64,000 nt of DNA. Source: Octopus sinensis (Eukaryota). Under the pieces are notes generated by a model. It was not told where the DNA came from. It made no database searches and saw only the letters and a program-made list of their open reading frames with translations. Where the stretch lies: the NCBI RefSeq assembly GCF_006345805.1, contig NW_021832425.1, positions 58,534 to 122,533 on the forward strand, written 5' to 3'. This document shows positions 63,601 to 64,000 of the stretch, in pieces (the stretch's first letter is position 1; each line of letters opens with the position of its first letter). The position numbers and the translations under genes are program-made.

Positions 63601-64000
63601 TCGATATTTTAATTGTTGTTTAATTCTGAAAAATCGATAAATTATATTACATATTTTCCCGCTCTTTTAATAATATGTTCATGTCTATTTTCTAGTGGTG
63701 ATTATTTTTTAGGAATACAAGTGGGTTTATGATTCCTAAATCATCTAAGAGCTCAGAAGGGATTGGTAATCCACGTTTGATTAGTTGATATGTGCTTATT
63801 TGGGCTTTTATTTTGTTTAGTTGGGTAGCTGTGACCTGACAAGCAAGTTGTCTCATTTCGTTGGTTAGCTGGGGATTGGGTTCCGGTTCAAGGGAAGAGG
63901 ACTCCTTCTCGATCTAGGTGTTTTGGGTAATATGTTACATTTCTTGCGTCTGTTAGGTAGGAAGGGACTGGTGTTGGTACTTTTTGGGCAATATCGGGCT
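60622..64000 (-). CDS. SMARCA4: SWI/SNF ATPase SMARCA2/4 (BRM/BRG1; QLQ, HSA, SNF2, HELICc, bromodomain), 5' end beyond the window
   Basis: [21 protein letters not shown] and [14 protein letters not shown]; bromodomain [14 protein letters not shown]; [16 protein letters not shown]. Nine introns: 60805-27, 60934-56, 62474-97, 62676-99, 63104-31, 63306-33, 63626-50, 63692-718 and 63914-38. Confidence 0.96.

Overview
AT-rich eukaryotic DNA, most likely from a metazoan parasite. Metazoan-type genes (SNX14, a GKAP/DLGAP domain, RIOK3) combined with 19-32 nt introns point to a myxozoan or a dicyemid/orthonectid; this is inference. The host genes are split by spliceosomal micro-introns, so the ORF track misses or fragments them. 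By manual splicing I reconstruct a 127-aa GKAP-domain gene, SYF2, ICMT, MED20, SNX14 and a 5'-truncated SMARCA2/4 (BRM/BRG1). Intron-retaining decayed copies of RPS15, DCPS, RIOK3, ICMT and a cathepsin are also present. The rest is a dense transposon graveyard: about 13 pieces of CRE-clade retroelements (one 593-aa open frame), R4-like, RTE and APE-type LINEs, Tc1, pogo/Tigger, hAT, a Helitron 3' end, intron-containing integrase-type transposases, a TIR MITE with GNA mini-hairpins, and a SINE-like repeat. There are several signatures of templated DNA capture, including a gene X/SMARCA/RIOK3 chimera, a fold-back inversion and a foreign 74-bp patch. All homology calls rest on recalled motifs, with no database search. 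Some 1-bp frameshifts may be long-read errors.
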